Below, one piece after another: positions 7,440 to 18,520 of a stretch of DNA of 64,000 nt (its first letter is position 1; every line of letters starts with the position of its first letter). The notes under the pieces are model-generated. The model made no database searches. It was not told the origin of the DNA and was given only the letters and a program-made list of their open reading frames with translations. The position numbers were made by a program, and so were the translations under genes. The stretch is from a virus, in the IMG/VR virus record IMGVR_UViG_3300022934_000003; one strand, 5' to 3'.

Positions 7440-9266
7440 TTATGCCATCATATATTCTTTACGTAGCTCAGAATTTTTTCCAAACATCATTTGAAATATA
7501 TTAGCATTATCAACTGTTACAACATCATAAACTGGTTTATTAATTATTTGATCATACTCGTTTTCTTGTAATGATCCTAAACCTTTTATGTAACGATGTT
7601 TCCAACCTGTCTGAGTCGACTTGAATTCATTAGCCTCTTCATATGTATAAAACCATTTAACATCAGATCCTTTAGATGAAATCATAATTGGTGTACGAGT
7701 GATTTTAACTTTTTTCTCAGTTAATAATCTTGGCCAGAATTTATAAAAGAATGCAATAAGTAATGGACTAATATGTCCGATACCATCATGGTCAGCATCT
7801 GTTAATGTAGCAATATATTCATATGTCATATTATCAACAGAGTTCGGATTAGTGATATCGAGGCCGAGAACAGATACTAATTCACTTAATTCTTTATTTT
7901 TAAGAACTTCAGCTGGTTTCATATCCCACGTATTCATAATAACACCACGTAATGGATATGCGCCTACCTTATCAGGATTTCTTACTTTAAGAAGGAATCC
8001 CATTGCAGAATCTCCCTCTACAATTTTAAGTGTTGCATTATCAGTATTTGCTGCAATATGTTTTGCAACTTTAACTTTACGTAATTTCTTCTGTGCAAGA
8101 GTAGCAGCACGTCTATCTGCTGCAATCTTCTTAGCAAGCTGAGCTTCAATAATAGGATCAATAATAGAAGGTGTATTTAAAATCTTTTTAGCATAGAAAG
8201 ATGCTTCTTTAATTCCAGCTTCAATTGAATGTTCCTTAACATTACTCATTGGATTTGTTAGACGTTCTTTTGTTTGAGAATCAAATTTAGGATTTGTAAA
8301 ATTCTTTGCAAACATTACAAATGTTAAACCATTCTTAATAGTCGACTTTGCAACTTCAATTTTATGTCTACGCTTAATCATTGCACCTAATTCATCTAAA
8401 ACAATATTAGTCATGTAGTCGACATATGTACCACCCATGCGAGTGTTAACACCATTAATAAATGAATTAGATCTAAATCCATCATCGGATGCAGAGAAAA
8501 AGAAAGATAAATTATCAGTCTTTTCAATAATTGCTTCTTCGCCAAATAACTCAGAATATTTTTTAAGATTATTTACTTTAATACGACGTTTATTAAATGA
8601 GAATGCAATTTCTGGGAATGCCATTTGTAAACTCATTAAACGATCTTCTACTAAATCAATCGTATCTAAATCAAATAGATTATCAGTTTCATATAAACTA
8701 AAATCTGGAACAAACATAACTTCAGTACCAGATCCTACAGGATATTCTCTTTGTTCTACTTTAATATCCTCACCACCATTTTTACAAGTAACTTGAACCA
8801 ATTTACCATTGGACCACGTTTTACCTACAAATTTAGTCGACAAAAAGTTAGTTGCTGCTGAACCTACACCATTTGTACCAATAGTAACTCGTTCATCATC
8901 AAATGAAGTACCAGCATTTACTCTTGTCCAAGCAGCGACTGGTCTAAGAATTTTATCTTTAGTTGTTTCATCAAAGATTTCATCTTGTGGAATACCACGT
9001 CCATTATCTGTAATTACAACAGAATTATTATCTCTTATAGAAACATTAATTTTATTTCCATATTTAAAATTAGTACGAATTGCTTCATCAATAGAATTAT
9101 CGAGAATTTCATCAATCATTTTAGACAAAGCAGGAACATAAGTATGTTTATCCCACTTACCTAAAACAAATCTTTCAATAACTTCTTGAGAAGAAGAACC
9201 CATATACATACCAATACGTTCTCTGACGTGCTGGCGTGCGGTTAATATTCTAAAATCTTCAGACAC
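7440..9266 (-). CDS. gp39: DNA topoisomerase II large subunit (gp39 and gp60 in one ORF)
   Basis: EILDNSIDE, DNGRGIP, GTNGVG GHKL motifs; VEGDSA, PLRG, TDADHDG TOPRIM; YIKGLG. Confidence 0.95.
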   Translation of the reverse strand: MSEDFRILTARQHVRERIGMYMGSSSQEVIERFVLGKWDKHTYVPALSKMIDEILDNSIDEAIRTNFKYGNKINVSIRDNNSVVITDNGRGIPQDEIFDETTKDKILRPVAAWTRVNAGTSFDDERVTIGTNGVGSAATNFLSTKFVGKTWSNGKLVQVTCKNGGEDIKVEQREYPVGSGTEVMFVPDFSLYETDNLFDLDTIDLVEDRLMSLQMAFPEIAFSFNKRRIKVNNLKKYSELFGEEAIIEKTDNLSFFFSASDDGFRSNSFINGVNTRMGGTYVDYMTNIVLDELGAMIKRRHKIEVAKSTIKNGLTFVMFAKNFTNPKFDSQTKERLTNPMSNVKEHSIEAGIKEASFYAKKILNTPSIIDPIIEAQLAKKIAADRRAATLAQKKLRKVKVAKHIAANTDNATLKIVEGDSAMGFLLKVRNPDKVGAYPLRGVIMNTWDMKPAEVLKNKELSELVSVLGLDITNPNSVDNMTYEYIATLTDADHDGIGHISPLLIAFFYKFWPRLLTEKKVKITRTPIMISSKGSDVKWFYTYEEANEFKSTQTGWKHRYIKGLGSLQENEYDQIINKPVYDVVTVDNANIFQMMFGKNSELRKEYMMA

Positions 9267-9339
9267 TAAATTTTGCTCCGTTTTTAACTTATAATAAATA
9301 ATAACATAACTTTAAAAAAATGTCAACAGGTAAATTTCA

Positions 9340-9828
9340 ATGATTACAAATTATTTATCGCCGGTATCATTTCTTGTAACTATAGATAGAATACCCAATG
9401 TAGAGTTCTTTACTCAAAAGGCTACTATCCCTAGTTTAACTATGACGCCTATATTACAAACTGCTCCTATTCACAATATATATAAAGAACCAGATCGCTT
9501 AGACTACACAGAACTGGATCTATCTTTTATTGTTGATGAAAATATGACCAACTATAAAGAAATATTAAACTGGATGGAAGGTCTTGGTACTCCAGTTAAA
9601 TCTGATCAATACGCAAATTTAGCCAAAACAAAAGAAGGTATTGTATCAGATATATCTATACTTATTCAAAATAGCGCTCGCAATCCAAATATTAAATTTA
9701 CTTTTACAGATTGCTTTCCAACTTCATTAGCACCCGTCATGCTAGATGTAACTTCTCCAGATGTTTTTTATCCAGAATGTAACGTTACATTTAGATATAA
9801 TAACTTCTTTATGGAAACTATTAGTTGA
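9340..9828 (+). CDS. gp3: tail tube terminator / tail completion protein
   Basis: NYLSP..F...RIPNVEFF.Q...P, FIVDENMTNY.EI.NW, FTDCFP; position before uvsY. Confidence 0.8.
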   Translation: MITNYLSPVSFLVTIDRIPNVEFFTQKATIPSLTMTPILQTAPIHNIYKEPDRLDYTELDLSFIVDENMTNYKEILNWMEGLGTPVKSDQYANLAKTKEGIVSDISILIQNSARNPNIKFTFTDCFPTSLAPVMLDVTSPDVFYPECNVTFRYNNFFMETIS

Positions 9829-9891
9829 CATTTCTAATAAACTATGTTATAATATTATATATTGTGAAAAACTGAATGTCAAGGATTTGTA

Positions 9892-10329
9892 ATGAGTACT
9901 GAAGATATTAATAATATTTGGGCTGAAGATTCTCGTATAGATGAATCAAATTTAGCCGGCGAGCTTAAAAAAATTCCAGCTTTGCATAACAAATATTATA
10001 CATTATATTATAAAGAAGCATTAACTGTCAAAAAATTAAGAGCAGATTATAAAGTATTAGAGCTAGAAAAGCGAGAATACTATGATGGATCTATGGCAGA
10101 AGAAGATCTTAAAGAACGTGGGTGGGTCCCATTTCAGAAAAAAGTACTTCGTAATGATGTAGACAAGTACATCCAAGCAGATAAAGATATTATAAGATTG
10201 AGTCTCAAAATCGATCTCCATTCAGCAAGAGCAAACTTTTTAGAAGATATTGTAAAGACTTTGCATTCAAGAAATTTTATTATTAAATCAATGATAGATA
10301 TTATTAAATTCCAACACGGCGAATATTAA
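9892..10329 (+). CDS. uvsY: recombination mediator UvsY
   Basis: W.EDS.ID...L..E..KIP.LH.KY; YIQAD.D; RNF.IK. Confidence 0.85.
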   Translation: MSTEDINNIWAEDSRIDESNLAGELKKIPALHNKYYTLYYKEALTVKKLRADYKVLELEKREYYDGSMAEEDLKERGWVPFQKKVLRNDVDKYIQADKDIIRLSLKIDLHSARANFLEDIVKTLHSRNFIIKSMIDIIKFQHGEY

Positions 10330-11822
10330 TGAGTGAAGTAATAAAAATTGAGCCGCATGATGCTGTACACATGGTTGTACATGCAGATTCTGGTACTAAA
10401 ATGGAATTAGAAAATTATTTCCGTTTTCAACCAAGTGGTTATCAATTTTCTCCAGCATATAAAAATAGAGTATGGGATGGATGGATTAGAATTTTCCAGG
10501 CATTACGTCCAAAATTATATGTTGGTCTATTACCTCATTTACAAAAATTTTGCGAGGAAAGAGGATATGATTTAGATGCTCCAGATCATATGATTTTTGG
10601 AGAAGATGTTCCTGATGATTATGCATATAAATTAGCAAAAGAAATTGATTGTAAATTTGAACCTCGTGATTATCAAAATCAATATGTAATTGATGCATTA
10701 AGAGATCAAAGATCTTTATCATTATCTCCCACATCATCTGGTAAATCATTAATTATCTATTTAATTCAACAACATTATTTTAAAACATATAATCATCGTA
10801 CACTTATTATTGTACCGACAATTGGATTGGTCCATCAAATGGCAGGTGACTTTGTCGACTATGGATGTGATCCGGATTTAATTTATAAGATACAAGGTGG
10901 AGTCGACAAGAATACAGATGCTCCAATTGTTATTTCTACATGGCAATCATTAGTTAAATTACCAAAATCATGGTTTGCTCCATTTAGAGTTGTACTTGGA
11001 GATGAAGCACATCAATTCCAAGCTAAATCTTTACAAAAAATTATGGAGTCTTTACCTAATTGTTATTATCGACATGGCTTTACTGGCACATTAAAATCAG
11101 AAGAAAGTAAAACACATCGTCTTGTATTGGAAGGATGTTTTGGTAAAGTAAGAAAGCACGTGTCGACTAAAGAACTTATGGATAAAGGTACTGTTGCAGA
11201 CTTTAATGTAAAAGCAATTGTACTTTCTCATTCACCTGATGTAAGAAAAAGTTTTTATTCTGCATATAAACAAATTAAAGAATCGAGTAAACGTTATCCT
11301 GCGGAAAGAGAATTTATTGTTAATAATACAAAAAGAAATATTTTTATAAGAAATCTTTTATGGTCCCTTGAAGGACAAAATAATCTTGTATTATTTGATC
11401 TTGTAGAAAAACATGGTAAAATATTAGAACCTCTTTTACAAAAAGAAGATCGTCAATTGCATTTTATATATGGCGGAACAAAAGGAGAGGAAAGAGAAAG
11501 AATTAGACACTTAGTAGAAAATGATCCAATTAAACAGCATGATATTCTTGCTTCTTATGGAGTTTTTTCAACTGGTGTTAATCTAAAGAAATTGGATAAT
11601 GTAATATTCGCTTCTGGTTCTAAATCAGAAATTAAAGTATTACAATCTATTGGTAGAGCATTAAGAAAAGGGAATGACGCTGATAAAGCGACATTGTATG
11701 ATATTGCAGATGATTTATCTCTAAAATCTTTTGAAAATTATACGTTACAACATTTTAGAAAAAGAATGGAAATCTATGGATCAGAACAATTTCCTGTTAA
11801 GATTTTTACAGTTGATGTTTAA
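10329..11822 (+). CDS. uvsW: DNA helicase UvsW (SF2)
   Basis: PRDYQ, SPTSSGKS, DEAH, GFTGT, QSIGRALR. Confidence 0.95.
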   Translation: MSEVIKIEPHDAVHMVVHADSGTKMELENYFRFQPSGYQFSPAYKNRVWDGWIRIFQALRPKLYVGLLPHLQKFCEERGYDLDAPDHMIFGEDVPDDYAYKLAKEIDCKFEPRDYQNQYVIDALRDQRSLSLSPTSSGKSLIIYLIQQHYFKTYNHRTLIIVPTIGLVHQMAGDFVDYGCDPDLIYKIQGGVDKNTDAPIVISTWQSLVKLPKSWFAPFRVVLGDEAHQFQAKSLQKIMESLPNCYYRHGFTGTLKSEESKTHRLVLEGCFGKVRKHVSTKELMDKGTVADFNVKAIVLSHSPDVRKSFYSAYKQIKESSKRYPAEREFIVNNTKRNIFIRNLLWSLEGQNNLVLFDLVEKHGKILEPLLQKEDRQLHFIYGGTKGEERERIRHLVENDPIKQHDILASYGVFSTGVNLKKLDNVIFASGSKSEIKVLQSIGRALRKGNDADKATLYDIADDLSLKSFENYTLQHFRKRMEIYGSEQFPVKIFTVDV

Positions 11823-11854
11823 GAGCCTTTTATTGGTTTCTAAGGCATAAGCCT

Positions 11855-11960
11855 ATTATACATGGCTTTTAAAAGTTTGTCAACCCTTTTTTTAACTTTT
11901 TTTTAAAAATAATTTAATTTAATAAAAACAGTTGACATTTCATTAAAAATATGTTAGAAT
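11855..11960. promoter_or_regulatory. divergent sigma70 promoters in an AT-rich intergenic region
   Basis: Minus: TTGACA-17-TATAAT (11883-11855), antisense to uvsW; plus: TTGACA-17-TAGAAT (11932-11960) before gp55. Confidence 0.8.
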
Positions 11961-11993
11961 TATTTAAAATTATTACAACACGAGTGAGGAACT

Positions 11994-12515
11994 ATGGCTA
12001 AGCGTAACTACGTTAATAATAAAGACCTACTCGCAGCAATGGTAGATTATAAAGCAAGTTGCCAAGAAGCAGAAGAAGCTGGTGACAAAAAACCACGCGT
12101 TCCTGATTATATTGGTGAATGCATTTTACAAATTGCTACGAGATTGGCTACTAAACCAAATTTTTCTGGATATTCATATAAAGAAGATATGATTTCAGAC
12201 GGTATTGAAAACTGTTTACTTTACATAAGCAACTTTAATCCAGATAAATCTAATAATCCATTTGCATACTTTACACAAATTATTTGGTATGCATTCTTAA
12301 GACGTATTGCAAAAGAAAAGAAACAAATGTATATTCGTTTCAAATCTTCTCAAGCATTTCTTGCAGCAGGTCAAACATATGAAGGTGATGAAGATTTAAG
12401 TTTACATTTAAATACTGCAGCAGATTATATGAATACATTTATTGAAGATTTTGAAGATAAACTTAATCGTGATAAACAAAAGAAAAAAGAAAAAGAAGAA
12501 GAAAAGAAAAAATGA
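11994..12515 (+). CDS. gp55: late-transcription sigma factor
   Basis: NYVNNKD, PDYIGEC, PNFSGYSYKEDMISDGIENC, NPFAYFTQI. Confidence 0.95.
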   Translation: MAKRNYVNNKDLLAAMVDYKASCQEAEEAGDKKPRVPDYIGECILQIATRLATKPNFSGYSYKEDMISDGIENCLLYISNFNPDKSNNPFAYFTQIIWYAFLRRIAKEKKQMYIRFKSSQAFLAAGQTYEGDEDLSLHLNTAADYMNTFIEDFEDKLNRDKQKKKEKEEEKKK

Positions 12516-12871
12516 GATTTACAAAAGAACACGAATGGATTAAAAAAGAAGGTGACTTATATTTAGTTGGAGTTACTCAACATGCTATTGAATTATTAGG
12601 TGATTTGGTTTATATTGAATTACCAGCACCAGGTGAAGTGTTTGATAAAGATACAGAATGTGCTGTAGTAGAATCTGTTAAAGCAGCTTCAGATGTTTAT
12701 TGTCCAGTATCAGGCCTGGTGACTGAAATTAATGCATCATTAGAAGATACGCCTGAAGCAGTAAGTGATGATTGGACTACATGGATATTTAAATTAGAAA
12801 ATGTAAACGAAGCAGATTTAGAAGATTTTATGGATGAGGAAGCTTATAATAAGTATATCGAGGGATTATAA
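12512..12871 (+). CDS. gcvH: glycine cleavage system H protein (lipoyl carrier)
   Basis: FTKEHEW, GVTQHA..LLGDLVYIELP, VESVKAASDVYCPVSG with lipoyl Lys, MDEEAY. Confidence 0.92.
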   Translation: MRFTKEHEWIKKEGDLYLVGVTQHAIELLGDLVYIELPAPGEVFDKDTECAVVESVKAASDVYCPVSGLVTEINASLEDTPEAVSDDWTTWIFKLENVNEADLEDFMDEEAYNKYIEGL

Positions 12872-13932
12872 TGAAAATAGCAATGGTTACAGACATGCAC
12901 ATTGGAGTGCGTGGTGATTCTAAAATATTTCAACAACATCAAGAAAGATTTTTTCGTGAAATCTTTTTTCCATATTTAGATGAGCATGATATTAAAATCG
13001 TATTTGATCTTGGTGATACATTTGATAGACGTAAATATATTAACTTTGTAAGTTTACAAAAAGGTAAAGAGTTTTTCTTTGACGAACTTGCTAAACGTAA
13101 TATTGAATTTCATGCTTTAGTTGGTAATCATACAACATATTATACAAATACAAATGAAGTTAACTCAATGAATCTATTGCTTCGTGAGTATGATAACTTT
13201 CATATCTATGAAGATAAATGTGAACATTTGACAATTGGCTCAACTAAGTTTATAATGGTACCTTGGATTAATAATTCAAATTACAAAGAAATGATGGATC
13301 AAATTCGTAATTCAGATGCTAATGTATGTATTGGCCACTTCTCAATTCAAGGATTTGAAATGGATAAAGGACATGTATGCGATCATGGTTTAACTAAAGA
13401 AGTATTTACAAACTTTGAAGCAGTATACTCTGGTCACTTCCATCATCCATCTACATATAATAATATTTCTTACCTTGGTTCTCCATATGAAATGACATGG
13501 GCTGATTATCAAGGTAAACGTGGTTTTAGAGTATTTGATACTGAAACAAGAGAATTAGATTGGATTTTAAATCCAAATCCTATTTTTCATAAGATTGAAT
13601 ATGATGATGCTGATATGACTATTGATGATGTTGCTAATCTAAATACAGATAATATCGAAAATACTTATATTAAAGTTATTGTAAAAAATAGAACTAATCC
13701 ATATATCTATGATCTTTTTATTAATAGGTTAGTAGATTCTGGAGCAGCTGATGTAAAAGCAGTTGAAGACTCTTTAAATTTAGAAGCTGAAGGTATTGAT
13801 GAAATACTAGATGAAACTAAAGACACAAAAGAAATATTACATAACTATATTGATGCAATGGAAACGCGTGTTGATAAAGTTCATGTAAAAAGAATTATTG
13901 ATGAATTATATACTGAGGCACAATCTATATAA
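12871..13932 (+). CDS. gp47: recombination endonuclease subunit (Mre11/SbcD-like)
   Basis: TDMHIG, LGDTFDRR, VGNH, GHFH, YLGSPY. Confidence 0.95.
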   Translation: MKIAMVTDMHIGVRGDSKIFQQHQERFFREIFFPYLDEHDIKIVFDLGDTFDRRKYINFVSLQKGKEFFFDELAKRNIEFHALVGNHTTYYTNTNEVNSMNLLLREYDNFHIYEDKCEHLTIGSTKFIMVPWINNSNYKEMMDQIRNSDANVCIGHFSIQGFEMDKGHVCDHGLTKEVFTNFEAVYSGHFHHPSTYNNISYLGSPYEMTWADYQGKRGFRVFDTETRELDWILNPNPIFHKIEYDDADMTIDDVANLNTDNIENTYIKVIVKNRTNPYIYDLFINRLVDSGAADVKAVEDSLNLEAEGIDEILDETKDTKEILHNYIDAMETRVDKVHVKRIIDELYTEAQSI

Positions 13933-15645
13933 ATGAAAATACAATTTAAAAAGATCCGCTATAAGAATATTCTTTCAGCGGGTAATGCATTCACTGAAAT
14001 TCTTTTCGATAAAAGCAAAACAACTCTGGTAAGTGGCACTAATGGTAGTGGTAAGTCGACTATGCTTGATGCTCTTACATTTGCTTTATATGGAAAAGCT
14101 TTTCGTAAAGTAAAGAAGGACCAATTAGTTAACTCAATTAATAATAAAGAATTAGAAGTTGAAGTTGAATTTGCTATTGGATCATCTTATTATAAAATAC
14201 AACGAGGTATTAAACCAAACTATTTTAAGATTTATTTGAATGGTAATTTAATAGATCAAGATGCTGCTGTTAAAGATTATCAATCTTATTTAGAACAAAA
14301 TATATTACGTCTAAACTATAAATCTTTTACTCAGATAGTTGTATTAGGTAGCGCAACTTATGTTCCATTTATGGATTTAGCAGCAGGCCAACGAAGAGAT
14401 ATTATTGAAGACTTACTTGACATTGAAGTATTTAGTGTTATGAATACGTTATTAAAAGATAAAATAAGTTCAAATAAAGAAAGCATTACAGAAAACAGTT
14501 ATCAAAAAGATATGATCGAAACAAGAATTGATTCAGCAAAAGAACATAATGAATCAATACGAAAGATTAAAGAAAAAGAAGTCGACAAGATTAAAGAAAA
14601 GATGAAAGTACATCTCGAAAATATTGAAAATGAAAAAGCTTCTATTGATGTACTTGATAAAGAAATTGCAGAACTTAATGAATCTATTAAGGATAAACCA
14701 AATGTTAAATCTAAATTAGATAAAGCAAAACAACTTAAACGCGATTTAACATCATCATTACAAACTCTTATAAATGAGCATGCTTTTTATCATAATAATG
14801 ATAACTGCCCAACTTGTGAGCAAGCTATTGCTCATGATTTTAAGCAAGAAGCAATGACTAAAAAATCAAATAAGATGGATGAAATTAAAAGTGGTACTGT
14901 AGATCTTGATGCTAAAATACAAGAATATGAAACTCGTATGAATGAAATTTCAGATGTCGAAGATAAGATTTCTGATAAAGCACTTACAAGTGCAGATCAT
15001 AGAGCTCATATTAAAATGGCAAAGAATGCTCTTGTGTCTTATAAAAATGAATTAACAAGTGCTGAGGAAGAAGTCGAAGCAGTTGACACATCTAAATTAG
15101 AGGAATATAATAGACAATTAGAAAAGATTGAAAATCAGCAAACAGTTTTATTTGAAGAAAAAGAAGTGATTGGAGTTATTAGAGCAATGCTGCAAGATGG
15201 AGGTATTAAAGCTAAGATTATTAAACAGTATGTACCTGTTATGAATAAACTTATCAACAAATATCTAACAGCGTTTGATCTCTTTGTCGACTTCCAACTA
15301 GATGAAAACTTTAATGAGATTATTAAATCTCGTTTCCGTGATAAATTCTCTTATGCTTCATTCTCAGAAGGTGAAAAGCTACGTATTACATTATCAATTA
15401 TGTTAGCGTGGCGAGCTGTAGCAAAATTAAGAAATTCAGTAGCAACTAATCTATTATTGCTAGATGAAACATTAGATGGTGCTCTTGATGGAACTGGTAT
15501 CGAGATGTTAATTGATACTTTACATAACTTAAATGCTGATGATAATATCTTTGTTATCTCTCATCGTGGACATCAGTTTGGTGACAAATTTATGTCTCAT
15601 ATTAAATTTGAGAAAGTAAAAAACTTCAGCCAAATTGCAGCTTAG
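13933..15645 (+). CDS. gp46: recombination endonuclease ATPase subunit (Rad50/SbcC-like)
   Basis: GTNGSGKS Walker A, CPTC zinc hook, FSEGEK signature, LLLDE. Confidence 0.95.
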   Translation: MKIQFKKIRYKNILSAGNAFTEILFDKSKTTLVSGTNGSGKSTMLDALTFALYGKAFRKVKKDQLVNSINNKELEVEVEFAIGSSYYKIQRGIKPNYFKIYLNGNLIDQDAAVKDYQSYLEQNILRLNYKSFTQIVVLGSATYVPFMDLAAGQRRDIIEDLLDIEVFSVMNTLLKDKISSNKESITENSYQKDMIETRIDSAKEHNESIRKIKEKEVDKIKEKMKVHLENIENEKASIDVLDKEIAELNESIKDKPNVKSKLDKAKQLKRDLTSSLQTLINEHAFYHNNDNCPTCEQAIAHDFKQEAMTKKSNKMDEIKSGTVDLDAKIQEYETRMNEISDVEDKISDKALTSADHRAHIKMAKNALVSYKNELTSAEEEVEAVDTSKLEEYNRQLEKIENQQTVLFEEKEVIGVIRAMLQDGGIKAKIIKQYVPVMNKLINKYLTAFDLFVDFQLDENFNEIIKSRFRDKFSYASFSEGEKLRITLSIMLAWRAVAKLRNSVATNLLLLDETLDGALDGTGIEMLIDTLHNLNADDNIFVISHRGHQFGDKFMSHIKFEKVKNFSQIAA

Positions 15646-15653
15646 GAGAAAAT

Positions 15654-15869
15654 ATGCAACACAAAATTAGTGACTTCTGTAAAAAAATTAATCTAATGCA
15701 CGAGAAAGCATCATACCTTCGTTATGAAAAATACAGTGTGCCAAAGGAAAGACGTGATGAAGGAATGATTAGAGCTCTTATTGATGACATTCAAGCTCTT
15801 GCTATTGAAGTTGCGCATGACCGCGGAATCCACCCAAAAATGTCAGAAAAGGATGTAAATAATAGTTGA
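15654..15869 (+). CDS. hypothetical protein
   Basis: AGGAG SD, 71 aa. Confidence 0.6.
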   Translation: MQHKISDFCKKINLMHEKASYLRYEKYSVPKERRDEGMIRALIDDIQALAIEVAHDRGIHPKMSEKDVNNS

Positions 15870-15929
15870 CATTAATGCGCTTTTTTGATATAATGTTAAC
15901 TATAATGTACAAAACACATAAGGAAATTC

Positions 15930-18509
15930 ATGCCTGATTTTTACACCAACGTAGATCGAATTGGTAACTTTATTCTATGGCGAGGATATCAAGCCGGACG
16001 AAAGTTCGAACGTAAAATTAAATACGAACCTACTATCTTTGTAGGTACTAATAATAAAGAATCGATGTGGAAATCTCTTATTGATGATAGTCCACTTCAG
16101 GCTACTAAAAAAGGTACGATGAAAGATACTCGTATCTATATCGAAGATCATAAAGATGTTCATGGATTTAAAATTGCTGGTAATAGTAATTATGTTGCGC
16201 AATTTATTCAAGAGCATTATCCTGATAATATTGAATTTGATCCATCATTAATTAATATCGTTTCGTTTGATATAGAGGTTGATATATCTGATGGTTATGC
16301 TAATATTAACCAAGCAGATAAAGAAATTACATCTATTGCTTACAAGTCGACTAAACACCTAAGGTATCATTTGCTTGGTCGTAAAGACTATGATAAGACT
16401 CAAACTATTACTGATATTAATCCAGATAATATCGAATTTAAAAAGTTTGATACTGAACATCAATTACTTCAAGAGTTTAAACGTATTTGGATGGAAGACT
16501 ATCCTGATATTGTAACTGGTTGGAACGTTGAATATTTTGATATTCAATATATTATAACTCGTATGATTCGTTTATTTGGCGAAGACTGGGTTAAAGATCT
16601 ATCTCCTTGGCGTAATATTCGTCAGCAATCTCGTGAAGTATTTGGTAAAAAACAATCAACTTGGTCTATATCTGGTATATCGATTATTGATTATATGGAT
16701 GCTTTTAAGAAGTTTGGTTACAAATATGGTCCACAAGAATCTTATAAACTAGATCATATTGCTTACGTCGTGCTTGGTGAAAAGAAATTAGATTACTCTG
16801 AATATGGTTCTTTGACTGCTTTGTACGAACAAAATCCACAACTTTATTTGGATTATAACCTTAAAGATACATGGCTTGTTGAAAAGCTTGAAGAGGAATC
16901 AGGTCTACTATCTCTTGTAATGACTGTTGCTTATGGTGGAGGTGTAAACTATTCTGATGCATTTGGTACCGTGAGTATTTGGGAAACAACTCTTTATCGT
17001 CGACTGATGAAAAAAGGTATTGTGCCTCCATTAAAAGGTGGTCCTGGTGAACGCGTTGCTGAACTCGTTGGTGGTTATGTTAAAGATCCAAAGGTTGGAA
17101 TGCATCCTTGGGTTGTCTCATTCGATCTAAATTCTCTATATCCACACCTGATGTTACAATATAACTTGTCACCAGAAACATATGTAGACAACGCACGAGA
17201 ATATATTAACCAAGATATGGTGCTCAATGGACAAGAAGTTGCAGATCCTAATAATCCTGGTAGTACAATGCGTGTACCATATCAAAACAGATCTAGGTAT
17301 GCAACATGTGCTAATGGTGCATGCTTTAGAAAAGATAAACTTGGTATCATTCCTGAAATCATTGATGAATATTATGCTACTCGATCTGGAATTAAAAAGC
17401 GTATGTTACAAGTTGAACAAGAACTTGAAACTGCGAAGGGTACTGATAAATTAGCTCTTAAACGAGAAGCTAACCAATTACATAATCAGCAAATGGCGAT
17501 TAAGATTGCTATGAACTCTTTGTATGGCGCAACAGCAAATATTTACTTCCTATATTATATTAACGATATGGCTGAAGCAATTACAACATCTGGCCAATTG
17601 TCAATTCGTTACGCTCAAAAATCTGTAAACGAATATCTAAATAAGTTATTGAAAACAGATAGTGTTGATTATATTATCTACATCGATACAGATTCTATCT
17701 ATGTTAATATGGGACCTGTTATTCAAGCTTCGTTTGGTACAATGGATATCGATCGTGCTAAAGGTGAAGAGTTCCTTGATAAAATTTGTGAAATGAAAAT
17801 TGAACCTATTATTGATGCTGGTTATAAAGAACTTGCTGAAAAGATGGGAGCATATCGACAAGCAATGAGTATGAAGCGAGAAAAGATTACTGATAAAGCA
17901 GTATTCATTGCAAAGAAACGTTATATTTTAAATGCACTTAACTCAGAAGGTGTACATTATGAACAACCTAAGATTTCTGTTACAGGTTTGGAATCAGTAC
18001 GATCTTCTACTCCGGAAGTTTGTCGTGATAAACTGAAAGCAGCATTTAAAGTAATTATGAATGAAGGTGAAGAAGCAATGCAAGAATTTATTGCTAATTT
18101 TAAAGATGAGTTCTTTAAACTACCACCTGAAGCTATTGGCCGTAACTCCGGTACAGATAATATAGATAAGTATAGGAATAGAGAAACATTGTACAAAAAA
18201 GGTTGTCCAATGCACGTAAGAGGTTGTATTCTTTATAATTATCATTTGAAAGAAAAGCAGTTAGATAAAAAATTCGAATCTGTTATTTCAGGTGATAAAG
18301 TAAAGTTTGTTTATCTTAAAACACCTAATCCTATTCGTGAAAATATTATATCGTTTCCCGGAGTACTTCCTAAAGAACTTGGATTGCATGACTATATAGA
18401 TTATGAAAAGCAATTCGAAAAGGTTTTTCTAAGTCCTCTTGAATCTATCCTCGAAGCGATCGGTTGGTCTGCAGAGAAGGTAAATACTCTTGAAGACTTT
18501 TTTGTTTAA
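15930..18509 (+). CDS. gp43: family B DNA polymerase
   Basis: FDIE exonuclease motif, [25 protein letters not shown]-terminal LEDFF clamp-binding peptide. Confidence 0.97.
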   Translation: MPDFYTNVDRIGNFILWRGYQAGRKFERKIKYEPTIFVGTNNKESMWKSLIDDSPLQATKKGTMKDTRIYIEDHKDVHGFKIAGNSNYVAQFIQEHYPDNIEFDPSLINIVSFDIEVDISDGYANINQADKEITSIAYKSTKHLRYHLLGRKDYDKTQTITDINPDNIEFKKFDTEHQLLQEFKRIWMEDYPDIVTGWNVEYFDIQYIITRMIRLFGEDWVKDLSPWRNIRQQSREVFGKKQSTWSISGISIIDYMDAFKKFGYKYGPQESYKLDHIAYVVLGEKKLDYSEYGSLTALYEQNPQLYLDYNLKDTWLVEKLEEESGLLSLVMTVAYGGGVNYSDAFGTVSIWETTLYRRLMKKGIVPPLKGGPGERVAELVGGYVKDPKVGMHPWVVSFDLNSLYPHLMLQYNLSPETYVDNAREYINQDMVLNGQEVADPNNPGSTMRVPYQNRSRYATCANGACFRKDKLGIIPEIIDEYYATRSGIKKRMLQVEQELETAKGTDKLALKREANQLHNQQMAIKIAMNSLYGATANIYFLYYINDMAEAITTSGQLSIRYAQKSVNEYLNKLLKTDSVDYIIYIDTDSIYVNMGPVIQASFGTMDIDRAKGEEFLDKICEMKIEPIIDAGYKELAEKMGAYRQAMSMKREKITDKAVFIAKKRYILNALNSEGVHYEQPKISVTGLESVRSSTPEVCRDKLKAAFKVIMNEGEEAMQEFIANFKDEFFKLPPEAIGRNSGTDNIDKYRNRETLYKKGCPMHVRGCILYNYHLKEKQLDKKFESVISGDKVKFVYLKTPNPIRENIISFPGVLPKELGLHDYIDYEKQFEKVFLSPLESILEAIGWSAEKVNTLEDFFV

Positions 18510-18520
18510 GGAGATATACG

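Noticed and set aside
7852-9141. Plus-strand ORFs inside gp39, and similar antisense ORFs inside galE, gp43, gp5, gp6 and the fibre genes
   Set aside because: Shadow frames of well-supported genes, with no SD or motifs.
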